Position numbers and translations under genes: made by a program. Below are positions 1-10,380 of a stretch of DNA of 64,000 nucleotides, piece by piece. A model generated the notes under the pieces. The model ran no database searches. It had not been told where the DNA came from and saw nothing but the letters and a program-made list of their open reading frames with translations. How positions within the stretch are numbered: position 1 is the first letter of the stretch; the number at the start of each line of letters is the position of its first letter. Location of the stretch: assembly GCA_964516035.1 (NCBI GenBank), contig CAZFAE010000003.1, positions 590-64,589 on the forward strand, written 5' to 3'. The DNA is from an uncultured Sphingobacterium sp. GTDB lineage: Bacteria; Bacteroidota; Bacteroidia; Sphingobacteriales; Sphingobacteriaceae.

Positions 1-768
1 ATGTTTATCAATGGTAAATGGGTAACTCTAGACAAAATAACCAGATGGTCACCCAAAACAACAAAGAATGCTCGAAGAGTTTTTATAGGCTTTTTTAATT
101 GGTGTATTCAGAAAGAGCAATCATTCATAACCGTAAATCCTGTGAAAGAAATTCCTCACCTTAATATTAGAAGTGAGAATCATCCTAAGGACACTAATAT
201 CCCTTACTCACAAGAAGACTTGAAAATTGTAATGGATTATTTGGATGATAATGATCCATTTGTGGCTTTTTTTTGCCGCCTTATTTATTATACACTTTTA
301 AGACCTGGTGAAATTTGCAAATTGAAATTAATAAATGTTGACTGGGATAACAAGCAAATTGAAATTCCTTTGAATGTAATGAAGGTAACCACTACTTCAA
401 AACCAGATGTGATTATAATTGGTGATTCTCTGTTTGAACTGTTATCTGATAAGGGTATTATTTCTATGCCAAAGAGTTATTACTTGGTTTCAAATGATGA
501 AAATAATATTGTCGGCGATATACCTATTTCTAGTGGTAAGATTTATAAAAGATTAAAGAAGCATTTAAAGAAATTAAATCTGGATGATAAAGGATATACT
601 TTGTATGGATTTAAGCACACTTCTAATATTTTGAGATTTAGAAATGGATGGACATTGGATGAGTTGATGAAAGCAAATCGTCACACAAATATCCAATCAA
701 CTCTAGAATATCTAAACAAAATAACTAAACAAGTTGATATCAGTAATAAACCTATTCCTAAGGCCTAA
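1..768 (+). CDS. Tyrosine recombinase / phage-type integrase, C-terminal part (N-terminus off window)
   Basis: ORF is open from base 1. Catalytic-domain motifs are present: LRPGEICKL (Arg I), HTSNILRFRNG (H-x-x-R) and HTNIQSTLEYL (His/Tyr). Confidence 0.85.
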   Translation: MFINGKWVTLDKITRWSPKTTKNARRVFIGFFNWCIQKEQSFITVNPVKEIPHLNIRSENHPKDTNIPYSQEDLKIVMDYLDDNDPFVAFFCRLIYYTLLRPGEICKLKLINVDWDNKQIEIPLNVMKVTTTSKPDVIIIGDSLFELLSDKGIISMPKSYYLVSNDENNIVGDIPISSGKIYKRLKKHLKKLNLDDKGYTLYGFKHTSNILRFRNGWTLDELMKANRHTNIQSTLEYLNKITKQVDISNKPIPKA

Positions 769-1137
769 ATGATTATTTTTCCAAAGCCAAATAAAAAATT
801 GTGAATAAACCTACTTTGGCAATGAATTGGTGCCGGGAGGAGTTGTAATGGGGAGTGGGCTTACATCCCGCCTTGTCAGTCAAAACCCATAAATTAACAC
901 CAGGGGGGATAATGGTTTTTAAAATATATCCACAATTATTCCCCTTCTGCTATGGTGTTACTTTTTCGGTGGATCCTGTTGTTCATTGGTTAATAACCTT
1001 TTCAACATCTTTTTTATATGCTAACCGTTTTTAATGTGAATACATGGTGTCATTAATCATGGAGAAGGGGGGGCGGCGGCATTTGGGGGGATGAGGCAAA
1101 ATAAAATGACTTCGTCACATGGCTTTGCCGTTGAGGG

Positions 1138-1731
1138 TTATTTTATTATATTTTTCCTTCTCTCATATTCAGCAGTAGTCATAGCTCCGGGTGGAAGAGA
1201 AGATGAAGAATAACTATTATTCTTTTTTTTATTTTCACTCTCAACAATTCCTGAAGAAGAAACTTGTTTCGAAATCAACTCAACAATATTACTCTCTTTA
1301 CTAATATCATTACATGTATATATAGAATTATTTGTAGATATAGAACTAATGCTTTCTGTTTCTTTAATGCTTTCTTTATCTGTATGTCTAGGTATATCTA
1401 TAGCTTGTTTAGCTTGTTTTTGGTTGTTTTCTTCGACCTCAGATTTCTTTTTAGCGTTTTGATTACCCTTTGGTGCACCACCAAGTTTACCATTCTCACT
1501 TCTCGTTAAAATAACTTCATTATATCTTTTAATATTAAACGCTTGTACCTCTCCAAATGTTGCTTTGAATAGTAGTCTGGCCGTAATGTCCATTTCTAAC
1601 AATTCTCTTTCTTCTACGAGTCGAAAAAGATTTTTCGTTATGATACCGACTTGTTCATTTGAGAGTTCTTCCAATATTGAAGCCCACTCTAATTTCATGT
1701 AAATTCCTGGAATTGATTGTTTTTTACTCAT
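1138..1731 (-). CDS. Hypothetical protein, DUF6291-like N-terminal region with a Ser/Asn-rich tail
   Basis: 197-aa ORF. The pattern 'KRYNEVILTRSENGKLGGAPKGNQNAKKK' resembles the GGRPK-type motif of phage/plasmid DUF6291 proteins. This is from memory only. Confidence 0.45.
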   Translation of the reverse strand: MSKKQSIPGIYMKLEWASILEELSNEQVGIITKNLFRLVEERELLEMDITARLLFKATFGEVQAFNIKRYNEVILTRSENGKLGGAPKGNQNAKKKSEVEENNQKQAKQAIDIPRHTDKESIKETESISSISTNNSIYTCNDISKESNIVELISKQVSSSGIVESENKKKNNSYSSSSLPPGAMTTAEYERRKNIIK

Positions 1732-1970
1732 TTTTAAGTTGTTTTAATTATAAATATTATAAGGAAAAAAAATCGTATTACAAAATGATTAGAGAACTTA
1801 TTTCAGAGTTTATGCATTTGACATTCAAGTAGTTACAAAATAAATTTTATGTAATTCATATAAAACTAATTAAGCTTTTAGCAATCCTAAATTGTATAAA
1901 ATAAGAACTATGTCCATATCATTTACATTTCTACGAATAATCATATACAATTTTTAATTACCTTTACTAT

Positions 1971-2366
1971 GTGAAAAGAATAGCCGTTTTCATATTGGCC
2001 TTATTGTATATCAGCACATCTACAGGTGTCACGCTGCATATGCACTATTGTATGGGTCAGTTAAAGAAAATGGCTATCCAAAAAGATGATTCTGCAAAAT
2101 GTGAGTTTTGTGGAATGAAAAAAAGTGATAAAAGCAACAATGGATGCTGTAAAGATGAAAGAAAGTTAATCAAGAGTGATGAAGCTCAAAACACTGTAAA
2201 ATCATTATCACTTAATTTGTTTTCTTTTGTTGTTGAACTACCTCAGTTAAACCATTATATTATGGATGTGCTTCTGTCAACTCAGACTGAAGAATATCCA
2301 TTATCAAACTCTCCACCTGCGAAACCTGTTCCTATTTACTTAGTGAATAGGTCTTTCCTGATTTAG
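1971..2366 (+). CDS. HYC_CC_PP family protein (small secreted Bacteroidota metal-cluster protein)
   Basis: GTG start and signal peptide. Signature motifs appear in order: MHYCMG, NGCCKDE, NSPPAKP. It is the first gene of the co-directional metal array. Confidence 0.7.
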   Translation: MKRIAVFILALLYISTSTGVTLHMHYCMGQLKKMAIQKDDSAKCEFCGMKKSDKSNNGCCKDERKLIKSDEAQNTVKSLSLNLFSFVVELPQLNHYIMDVLLSTQTEEYPLSNSPPAKPVPIYLVNRSFLI

Positions 2367-2457
2367 TATATTTTTTCTTTTTGAAGCTGGGTATTCACGT
2401 GCCCGGCTATTGTCATTTATTGTGCCCTATTTTTCATAAATTTTAAAGAGAACCTCA

Positions 2458-2796
2458 ATGAAATCAATAAAAAATTTGATGATGGTAGCATTAACCATCT
2501 TCTCGTTTGTAGCCTATTCTCAGGAAAAAGTAAGTAGCAAAGATTCTACACTCAATAAGCCTGTTTATACATGTCCAATGCATACATCAATTATAAGCTC
2601 TCAACCTGGGAAATGCTCTAAATGTGGGATGAACCTTAACCTGTCTCCTAAAGAAAAAATGAAAATGGAAGTAATGAAGACTTATTTCTGTCCGATGAAA
2701 TGTGAGGGTGATAAATCATATGATAAGGCTGGCAAATGCCCCAAATGTGGAATGACCCTAAAAGAAAACAAACAAGAAAATAACAAAAATTCATAA
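2458..2796 (+). CDS. Secreted protein with two heavy-metal-binding domains (HMBD, YxCPMH...CPxCGM type)
   Basis: Signal peptide, then YTCPMHTSIISSQPGKCSKCGMNL and YFCPMKCEGDKSYDKAGKCPKCGMTL. Confidence 0.8.
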   Translation: MKSIKNLMMVALTIFSFVAYSQEKVSSKDSTLNKPVYTCPMHTSIISSQPGKCSKCGMNLNLSPKEKMKMEVMKTYFCPMKCEGDKSYDKAGKCPKCGMTLKENKQENNKNS

Positions 2797-2817
2797 ACAT
2801 CAATAAAAATAATAATC

Positions 2818-3441
2818 ATGAAAAAGAATATCATCTTAACAGCTGTAGTTTCAACCCTATTGATCTCCGCTTGCAATAATGGTGAAAAGAATACTGAACA
2901 CGATATGAGCAAAATGGGTAGTGATACGGTTCAACATGCTACAAGTACAAGTGAGTCGGAAATCAAATCAGTTGCGGTATCATTTACTAATGTTGACCCT
3001 AAAGCTGCTGCTACTATTAAAGAGATTGTAGATCAATATTTGAGCCTTAAAAATGCTTTGGCTAATGATAATTCAAATGATGCTGCAGTGAGTGGAAAAT
3101 CTATGGTAGCAGCTATAGCTAAATTAGATAAATCATTACTGAGTATAGAACAAAAGAAAGTGTTTGATGAGAACCAGGATGATTTAAAAGAACATGCAGA
3201 GCATATAAGTGAAAATGCAAAGAACATTAAACACCAACGTGAGCATTTTGTGGGTATGAGTGAAGATATATATGCATTGGTAAAAGCTTTCGGTGCGGGA
3301 CGTCCCTTATATCATGACCACTGTCCAATGGCACAAGAAAATAAAGGGGCAATGTGGATCAGCGAAGTTAAGGATATTAAAAACCCGTATTTCGGAGCGG
3401 AGATGTCTGGATGTGGTACTATAGAGGAAGTTATTAAATAA
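2818..3441 (+). CDS. DUF3347 domain lipoprotein
   Basis: Lipobox LISAC. C-terminal 'HDHCPMAQENKGAMWISEVKDIKNPYFGAEMSGCG' is typical of DUF3347 proteins in Bacteroidota metal clusters. Confidence 0.8.
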   Translation: MKKNIILTAVVSTLLISACNNGEKNTEHDMSKMGSDTVQHATSTSESEIKSVAVSFTNVDPKAAATIKEIVDQYLSLKNALANDNSNDAAVSGKSMVAAIAKLDKSLLSIEQKKVFDENQDDLKEHAEHISENAKNIKHQREHFVGMSEDIYALVKAFGAGRPLYHDHCPMAQENKGAMWISEVKDIKNPYFGAEMSGCGTIEEVIK

Positions 3442-3459
3442 ATGACCAAATAAAACATC

Positions 3460-6400
3460 ATGGTTCAAAAACTAATTGGACTGGCTTTACGCAACAGGTT
3501 AATCGTCCTGCTTTTTGCAGGCGGCCTGTTTGCGTATGGCATTTATTCAGTCAAGCAAAACCCTATAGATGCAATTCCTGATTTAAGTGAAAATCAAGTG
3601 ATTGTTTTTACAGAGTGGATGGGACGTAGTCCTCAAGTGATGGAAGACCAGGTTACCTATCCATTAGTGAGTAATCTACAAGGAATTCCTAAAATTAAAA
3701 ATATACGAGGTTCATCCATGTTCGGGATGAGTTTTGTGTATGTAATTTTTGAGGACAATGTGGACATCTATTGGGCAAGAACCAGAGTATTAGAAAGATT
3801 AAATTTTGCTCAAAGGCTTCTTCCACAGGGTGTCACCCCATCTTTAGGGCCAGATGGCACAGGGGTTGGACATGTATTTTGGTACCATTTAGATGCTCCT
3901 AAGATGGATTTAGGAGAGCAAAGAGCCCTTCAAGATTGGTATATCAAATTTGCGCTTCAAACAGTTCCAGGTGTCGCAGAGGTTGCCTCTTTTGGGGGCT
4001 TTGAAAAACAGTATCAACTAGTAGTTGATCCTGTAAAGCTTCAGTACTATAACCTTTCGTTAATGGAAGTGATGAACAAGGTTAAAGCAAATAATAATGA
4101 TGTAGGTGGACGGAAATTTGAGATGGCTGATATGGCTTATATTATTCGTGGACTGGGTTACATTAAAAACAAATCAGATGTTGAAAATATTGCTTTAACC
4201 AATTATAACGGAATACCAGTTCGTGTTAAAGATATTGGATCAGTTCAAATGGGTGGTGATTTACGCCTAGGTATTTTTGATATGGATGGAAAAGGTGAGG
4301 TTGTCGGCGGGATTATTGTGATGCGTTACGGTGAGAATGCCAACAAGGTAATAGAAGCAGTAAAAGCTAAGATGAAAGAAGTCCAGAAAGGATTACCAGA
4401 AGGTGTAACTTTTAAAACCTCCTATGATCGAAGCACCTTAATCCAAGAAGCAATAGATTCCGTAAAAGGGACACTTATTGAAGAAATGATTGCTGTATCT
4501 ATCATAGTACTCATTTTTCTATTTCATTGGCGCAGTGCAGTCATCATTCTAATACAACTACCAATTTCTGTAGCAGCAGGTTTCATATTTCTTGAAATGT
4601 TTGGTATATCGTCCAATATTATGTCTTTAACCGGGATTGCACTTGCCATTGGTGTGGTTGTCGACGACGGAATTGTCATGGTTGAGAATGCCTACAGACA
4701 TTTAAGTGAAGCCCAAACAGCAAAAATTAAAACATCAGAGAAATCATAGCATGAGAAAGTGGATAAAACGAAATATAGATCCGTTATCCGAAGAGGAAAG
4801 AAACGGGATTATTGAAAGGTCATCAAAACAGGTTGGCCCAGGAGTATTTTATTCTACCATCATCGTAGTAACTTCTTTTTTACCAGTTTTTTTATTGACT
4901 GGAATGGAAGGAAAGTTGTTTCATCCGTTGGCATGGACTAAAACATTTATTCTTCTGATTGATGCTTTCTTAGCAATCACCTTAACACCTGTATTAATCT
5001 CATTCTTTTTGAAAGGTAGATTAAAACCAGAAAGTAGTAACCCAATTACTAGCGCATTGGAAAGGGTTTATACACCAATTCTAAAATGGTGTTTGAAATG
5101 GAGAAAAACCATTATTGGCTTAAACATTATTGCATTAATAGTTGGTGCAATAATGATGACCAGGTTGGGATCAGAGTTTATGCCGCCCTTAGATGAGGGT
5201 TCTTTGTTATTCATGCCTGTAACACTTCCAGATGTATCGAATTCAGAGGCAAAACGTTTATTGCAGGTTCAGGATAAAATTATCCGTACAGTACCAGAAG
5301 TCTCACATGTATTGGGTAAAGCTGGTAGAGCCAATACTGCTACAGACAATTCACCGATAAGCATGATCGAAACCATTATTCTTCTTAAGCCTAAAAGTGA
5401 ATGGCGTGATGGAATGACCAAAGATGGGATAATTAATGAGCTCAACTCGAAAATGCAAATACCCGGTGCTACAAATGGATGGACACAGCCGATTATTAAC
5501 CGTATTAATATGCTATCTACGGGTATAAGAACGGATGTTGGCTTAAAAGTATATGGACAAAACCTAGATAGCATTTACGCCTTCGCACAAACTATTAAAA
5601 AACAATTAGAAGGCATTGAAGGTGTTAAAGATTTATATGTGGAACCAATTACTGGAGGAAAATATATTGATATTGATATAAAACGTGAGGAAATCGGAAG
5701 GTATGGCCTCAGTGTAGATGATGTTAATGCTGTAATCGAAAGTGCGTTGGGTGGAATGAAATTGACTACCACTATTGAAGGACGCCAACGCTTCTCTGTT
5801 AATGTACGTTATGGCCAGGATTTCCGCAATAATCTGGAAGCTTTAAAACGACTTCAAGTTCAAACCATGAGCTTTGGGCCTATACCGCTAAATGCGGTTG
5901 CAGATATAAAGATTAGTGATGGCCCACCTATGATCAATTCTGAAAATGCTATGTTAAGAGGAACCGTATTATTTAATGTTCGTGAAAGAGATCTAGGAAG
6001 CACGGTTAAAGAAGCTCAGGAAAGGCTAAATAAGATGGTTGATAAACTTCCTAAGGGTTACTTTTTAGAATGGAGCGGACAGTGGGAAAATCAAATAAGA
6101 GCAAACCGGACATTAACAATGATTCTTCCGATTGTATTGATAATCATTTTTATGGTGCTCTATTTCACTTATCATTCCTTTAAAGAAGCCGTCGTTACCA
6201 TGATTACGGTACCATTTGCACTTATTGGTGGTGTATTCATGGTTTATTTCTATGGAATTAACCTTTCGGTTGCTGTTGCAGTTGGTTTTATTGCATTATT
6301 TGGAATGGCGATAGAAACAGCCATGTTAATGACCATTTATCTTAATGAAGCAATGAATAATATGGTTGCTAAACATGGTAACTCAAAAGATACCCTAACC

Positions 6401-6676
6401 CCAGCAATCATTCGCGAATTTGTTATTGAAGGATCTGCAAAAAGGTTGAGACCAAAACTAATGACGGTTTCTGTAGGTCTATTTGGTTTAATACCAATTT
6501 TATGGGCTTCGGGTGTTGGAAGTGATATTATGAGGCCAATAACGATCCCATTAATTGGTGGAACTATTTCATCCACAATTTATGTACTCTTGATAACCCC
6601 AGTAATTTTTGAAATAACCAAAGAGAGAGAATTAAAGAAAAAAGGTAAAATTGATTTAATAGATGTTAAAGAATAA
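3460..6676 (+). pseudogene. CusA/CzcA-family heavy-metal RND efflux pump, interrupted (ORFs 3460..4749 and 4751/4706..6676, +1 frame change)
   Basis: The two ORFs together cover a full roughly 1040-aa RND pump. The N-part ends just after the TM4 'VVDDGIVMVENAYRHL'. The C-part resumes with 'SSKQVGPGVFYSTIIVVTSFLPVFLLTGMEGKLFHPLAWTKT'. TAG at 4747-4749 is followed by ATG at 4751. Confidence 0.85.
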
Positions 6677-7919
6677 AAAAACACTATTGCTTTTTGCAAT
6701 TATAGTAAGCTATACAAGCGGTTATGCTCAAAACTTAAGCCTTAACCAAATCCTTGATAGCATTAAGAATTCACATCCTATTGTGAAAATGTATGAAAAT
6801 GAGATCCGTTCAATGGATGAGGCAGCAAAGGGTGCAAGAAGTTGGATGCCTCCTCAAATTGGTGTCGGACAGTTTATGACCCCTTATAACACCAAACTTT
6901 GGCAAAGAGAAGGTGATGCTCCAGGTATGGGTAATGTAATGATTTCTGGTGAACAAATGTTCCCCAATAAGAAGAAGCTAGACGCAGATGAAAAATATAT
7001 GAAGGCGATGTCTGGGGTAGAAAAGGAGAAAAAAAATGCTTCATTGAATGAATTGATAAATGATGCTAAACAATATTATTTCGAATGGATCATATTAAAA
7101 AAGAAATTATTGATTCTAAAGGAGAATCAAAACATTCTTGACTTTATGATCAAATCTGCTGAGTTACGTTATAAAAATGGTCTCGATAAGATAAGTGCAT
7201 ATTACAAAGCAAAAGCGGCTATTGGAGAAGTAAAAAATATGCAGTTGATGTTTGAAAATGAAATTAAAGACAGAAAAATACGGTTAAATGCATTGATGGG
7301 TAGAAATGCAAATATCAACTTTGAAATAGATACAACTTATTCTTTATCCGATTTTTCAAACCTTGTATTTGATAGCACTTTTTTAAACTCTCAGCGAAGC
7401 GATCTTAAATCAATTGATAGGGAAATATCTTTAACACACCTTAAACAAGAGACGGAAAAAGCAGCACTTAGGCCGCAATTAGGTATTCGGTATGATAATA
7501 TGTTTGGATTTGCAGGTCAGCCTTTTCAATATACCATTATGGGGATGATTAAGATTCCAATGGCAAGATGGTCTGCTAAGATGAGTCGGGCTAATATAGA
7601 AAGCCTAGAATGGAAGGCTAAATCATACCAATCACAAAAAGAAATGATGGTAAATGAATATAGTGGTATGGCTTATGGAATGAGAAACGAATTTGACTTG
7701 AAGAAAAAACAATTAAAACTATATGCCGATGAAATAATACCTGCCCTGCGCAATAACTATAAAACTATGCAGCTTGGATATGAACAAAATACCGAAGAAT
7801 TATTTATGCTTTATGACGCATGGGAAACACTGAACATGAAACAGCTAGAATATACCGAGCTTCTGAATGAGGCTTTGAAAATACAGGTAACATTAGAAAG
7901 GATTATTGAAAAAAAATAA
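6663..7919 (+). CDS. TolC-family outer-membrane efflux protein (CusC/CzcC-like)
   Basis: 418 aa with a signal peptide and coiled-coil-rich sequence. It overlaps the pump stop by 14 nt, and its position in the RND operon supports the call. Confidence 0.8.
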   Translation: MLKNKKTLLLFAIIVSYTSGYAQNLSLNQILDSIKNSHPIVKMYENEIRSMDEAAKGARSWMPPQIGVGQFMTPYNTKLWQREGDAPGMGNVMISGEQMFPNKKKLDADEKYMKAMSGVEKEKKNASLNELINDAKQYYFEWIILKKKLLILKENQNILDFMIKSAELRYKNGLDKISAYYKAKAAIGEVKNMQLMFENEIKDRKIRLNALMGRNANINFEIDTTYSLSDFSNLVFDSTFLNSQRSDLKSIDREISLTHLKQETEKAALRPQLGIRYDNMFGFAGQPFQYTIMGMIKIPMARWSAKMSRANIESLEWKAKSYQSQKEMMVNEYSGMAYGMRNEFDLKKKQLKLYADEIIPALRNNYKTMQLGYEQNTEELFMLYDAWETLNMKQLEYTELLNEALKIQVTLERIIEKK

Positions 7920-7928
7920 AATATAAGT

Positions 7929-9176
7929 ATGAATAGATTGATATCAATAATTGCTTTACTGTTAGTCATACTTGTTCAATCTTGTGATAATAATAAAGCT
8001 GTACATAGTGAGCACAAGGAGGAAACTAAGGATGTACTTTATACATGTCCTATGCATCCCGAAATTGTTAGGAACAAACCAGGTAATTGTCCGATTTGCG
8101 GGATGGCTCTAGTTGAAAAAAAATCAGATGGGCTCAAGGTAAATGATATAAAGCTTGAATATCTACTTAAACCAACCAATGAATTTGTTCTATCGACAAT
8201 CCCAGTCTCGACTATCAGGGAAAAAGAGGAAGAAATAGAAGTTGAAGCCTTGGGGTCGATTGCATATGATACGAGACAGGTAGAAAGTATATCTGCACGA
8301 GTTAGTGGTAGAGTTGAAAAGCTCTACATTCGGTATCGTTACCAAAAAATAAATAAAGGTGATCGGATAATGGACATTTACAGTCCGGAATTACTTACCG
8401 CTCAGCAAAATTTACTCTTTCTCCTTAAAAATGACGAAGGAAACAATCCGCTTATTGAAGCTGCAAAAGAGAAGCTCTTGTTACTGGGGATGTCTAAATC
8501 GCAATTAAGAGACGTCATTCAAACAGGTAAACCGTCAACCACCATCGCGGTGTATAGTAACTATAGTGGACATGTTCATGATGCAATAAGCCCAGTTGTA
8601 ATGAATAATACTAACAGCGATATGAGAGATATTGCACTACTAACGGAAGAATTGTCTTTAAAAGAAGGTATGTATGTTCAAAAGGGACAGTCTGTGTTTA
8701 CCATATTCAATCCAAACAAAGCATGGGCTATTCTAAATATTTACGGTGAAAATCAATCCTTGATAAAAAAAGGTAATTCTGTTAGAATAGTTCCAGAAAC
8801 GGCACCTAGTCAAGATTTCAGAGCTAAAATTGATTTTATAGAACCTTTTTATAAAAAAGGCAGTAAAACGCTTAGCAGTAGGGTTTATTTTGACAATAGT
8901 TCTCTTAAAATACCAATTGGAAGCCAAGTTAAGGCTATCATATTTGGGACTACTAAAGACGCTTTCTGGCTACCAAAAGAGTCGGTTCTTTCTTTAGGTA
9001 TAGATAAAATAGCTTTTCTTAAAAAAGATGAAGGTTTCATTGCAAAAAAGGTTATTGTAGGTATATCACATAAGAATCATATCCAAATTCTTAGTGGATT
9101 ATCTAAGCAGGATTCGGTTGCAATTAATGCTCAGTTTTTAATGGATAGTGAAAGCTTTATAAAATCAAAAAATTAA
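7929..9176 (+). CDS. Efflux RND periplasmic adaptor (CusB-like) with N-terminal HMBD
   Basis: YTCPMHPEIVRNKPGNCPICGMALV near the N-terminus, followed by an HlyD-like barrel-sandwich/beta-barrel region. Confidence 0.85.
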   Translation: MNRLISIIALLLVILVQSCDNNKAVHSEHKEETKDVLYTCPMHPEIVRNKPGNCPICGMALVEKKSDGLKVNDIKLEYLLKPTNEFVLSTIPVSTIREKEEEIEVEALGSIAYDTRQVESISARVSGRVEKLYIRYRYQKINKGDRIMDIYSPELLTAQQNLLFLLKNDEGNNPLIEAAKEKLLLLGMSKSQLRDVIQTGKPSTTIAVYSNYSGHVHDAISPVVMNNTNSDMRDIALLTEELSLKEGMYVQKGQSVFTIFNPNKAWAILNIYGENQSLIKKGNSVRIVPETAPSQDFRAKIDFIEPFYKKGSKTLSSRVYFDNSSLKIPIGSQVKAIIFGTTKDAFWLPKESVLSLGIDKIAFLKKDEGFIAKKVIVGISHKNHIQILSGLSKQDSVAINAQFLMDSESFIKSKN

Positions 9177-9177
9177 C

Positions 9178-10377
9178 ATGCGTTACCTTATTTATATAAT
9201 ATCGGCTCTAATTGTTCTTGTATCATGTGAGAATAAAAATGAATCATCCAATAAGGATTCAGATATCTATTACACATGTTCAATGGATCCCCAAGTTGTA
9301 GAATATAAACCAGGCAAATGTCCTATTTGCAAAATGGATTTGACGCCGGTTAAGAAGAATACTAGTGAAAGTAAAGATGAACTTCAGCTTAGTGAGCAAC
9401 AAATACAGCTTGGTAATATCACTACAGATACCATCAAAAATGGAACCATTGGTGATCAAATGGTGTTGACAGCTACACTAAATTTTGATCAAATGAAAAC
9501 TTCCTCTATAAGTTCTAGAGTTATGGGTAGAATAGAGAAGCTCTACTTCAAAAATCTAGGAGATTTTATAAAAAAGGGAGACGCAGTTTATGAAATTTAT
9601 AGTGAAGACCTGAACAATGCCAAGCAAGAATACATTTTAGCTTTAGAAAAGAAAAAAGCATTTAGCAAGGATGTTGTGATTGATTTTGACCAATTAATTA
9701 TGAGTGCTAAAAATAAACTATTGTTATGGGGAATGAATGAGATACAAATAGATGAGCTGGCCAGGTCAAAAAAGGCTAACACATTGACCAAATTTTATAG
9801 CAGGACTAATGGTTATGTAACCCAACAAGATATTCGTGAAGGTGATTATGTAATGGAAGGCGGTACTATTTTTAAACTTGCTGATCTATCTACTTTATGG
9901 GCGGAAGCACAGGTGTATACCTCACAGTTGGCTGATATTAATAAAAATAGTCTTGCTACAGTTCAATTACCAGATCTGGAAAACATAGAGATCAAGGGAC
10001 GAATTGAATTCTTTAATCCAGAAATTAACCCCGATACCAGAATTAATTTAATAAGGGTCTCAATACCAAATCCAAGGAACCAGCTAAAGCCCGGTATGCC
10101 TGCATATGTTATTTTAAAAAGTCCTAAACATAAATCCTTATCGCTACCTATTGACGCTGTTATAAGAGATGGTAAAGGCGCAACAGTTTGGGTACAATCT
10201 AAAAAACACACTTTCAAAAGTTTAATGGTGCAAACAGGCTTAGAAAGCGACGATCGTATAGAGATTAAATCTGGTTTGAAAGAGGGTGATATAGTTGTAT
10301 TAACTGGTGCATACTTGTTGCAAAGTGAATATGTCTTTAAAAAAGGTGCCAACCCTATGGCGGGCCATAACCATTAA
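9178..10377 (+). CDS. Second efflux RND periplasmic adaptor (CusB-like) with N-terminal HMBD
   Basis: YYTCSMDPQVVEYKPGKCPICKMDL. Paralogous to the preceding gene (shared 'RVxGRxEKLY', 'IYSxxL..AQQ/AKQE'). C-terminal MAGHNH. Confidence 0.85.
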   Translation: MRYLIYIISALIVLVSCENKNESSNKDSDIYYTCSMDPQVVEYKPGKCPICKMDLTPVKKNTSESKDELQLSEQQIQLGNITTDTIKNGTIGDQMVLTATLNFDQMKTSSISSRVMGRIEKLYFKNLGDFIKKGDAVYEIYSEDLNNAKQEYILALEKKKAFSKDVVIDFDQLIMSAKNKLLLWGMNEIQIDELARSKKANTLTKFYSRTNGYVTQQDIREGDYVMEGGTIFKLADLSTLWAEAQVYTSQLADINKNSLATVQLPDLENIEIKGRIEFFNPEINPDTRINLIRVSIPNPRNQLKPGMPAYVILKSPKHKSLSLPIDAVIRDGKGATVWVQSKKHTFKSLMVQTGLESDDRIEIKSGLKEGDIVVLTGAYLLQSEYVFKKGANPMAGHNH

Positions 10378-10380
10378 AAT

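Noticed and set aside
1264-1509. 81-aa plus-strand ORF inside the 1138..1731 gene
   Set aside because: It is an antisense shadow ORF with Phe/Ile/Leu-rich low-complexity sequence typical of AT-rich DNA.
9963-10352. 129-aa minus-strand ORF inside the second adaptor gene; similar cases at 44929..45312 in nhaA and 54539..54922 in gap
   Set aside because: These are antisense shadow ORFs within confidently identified genes.
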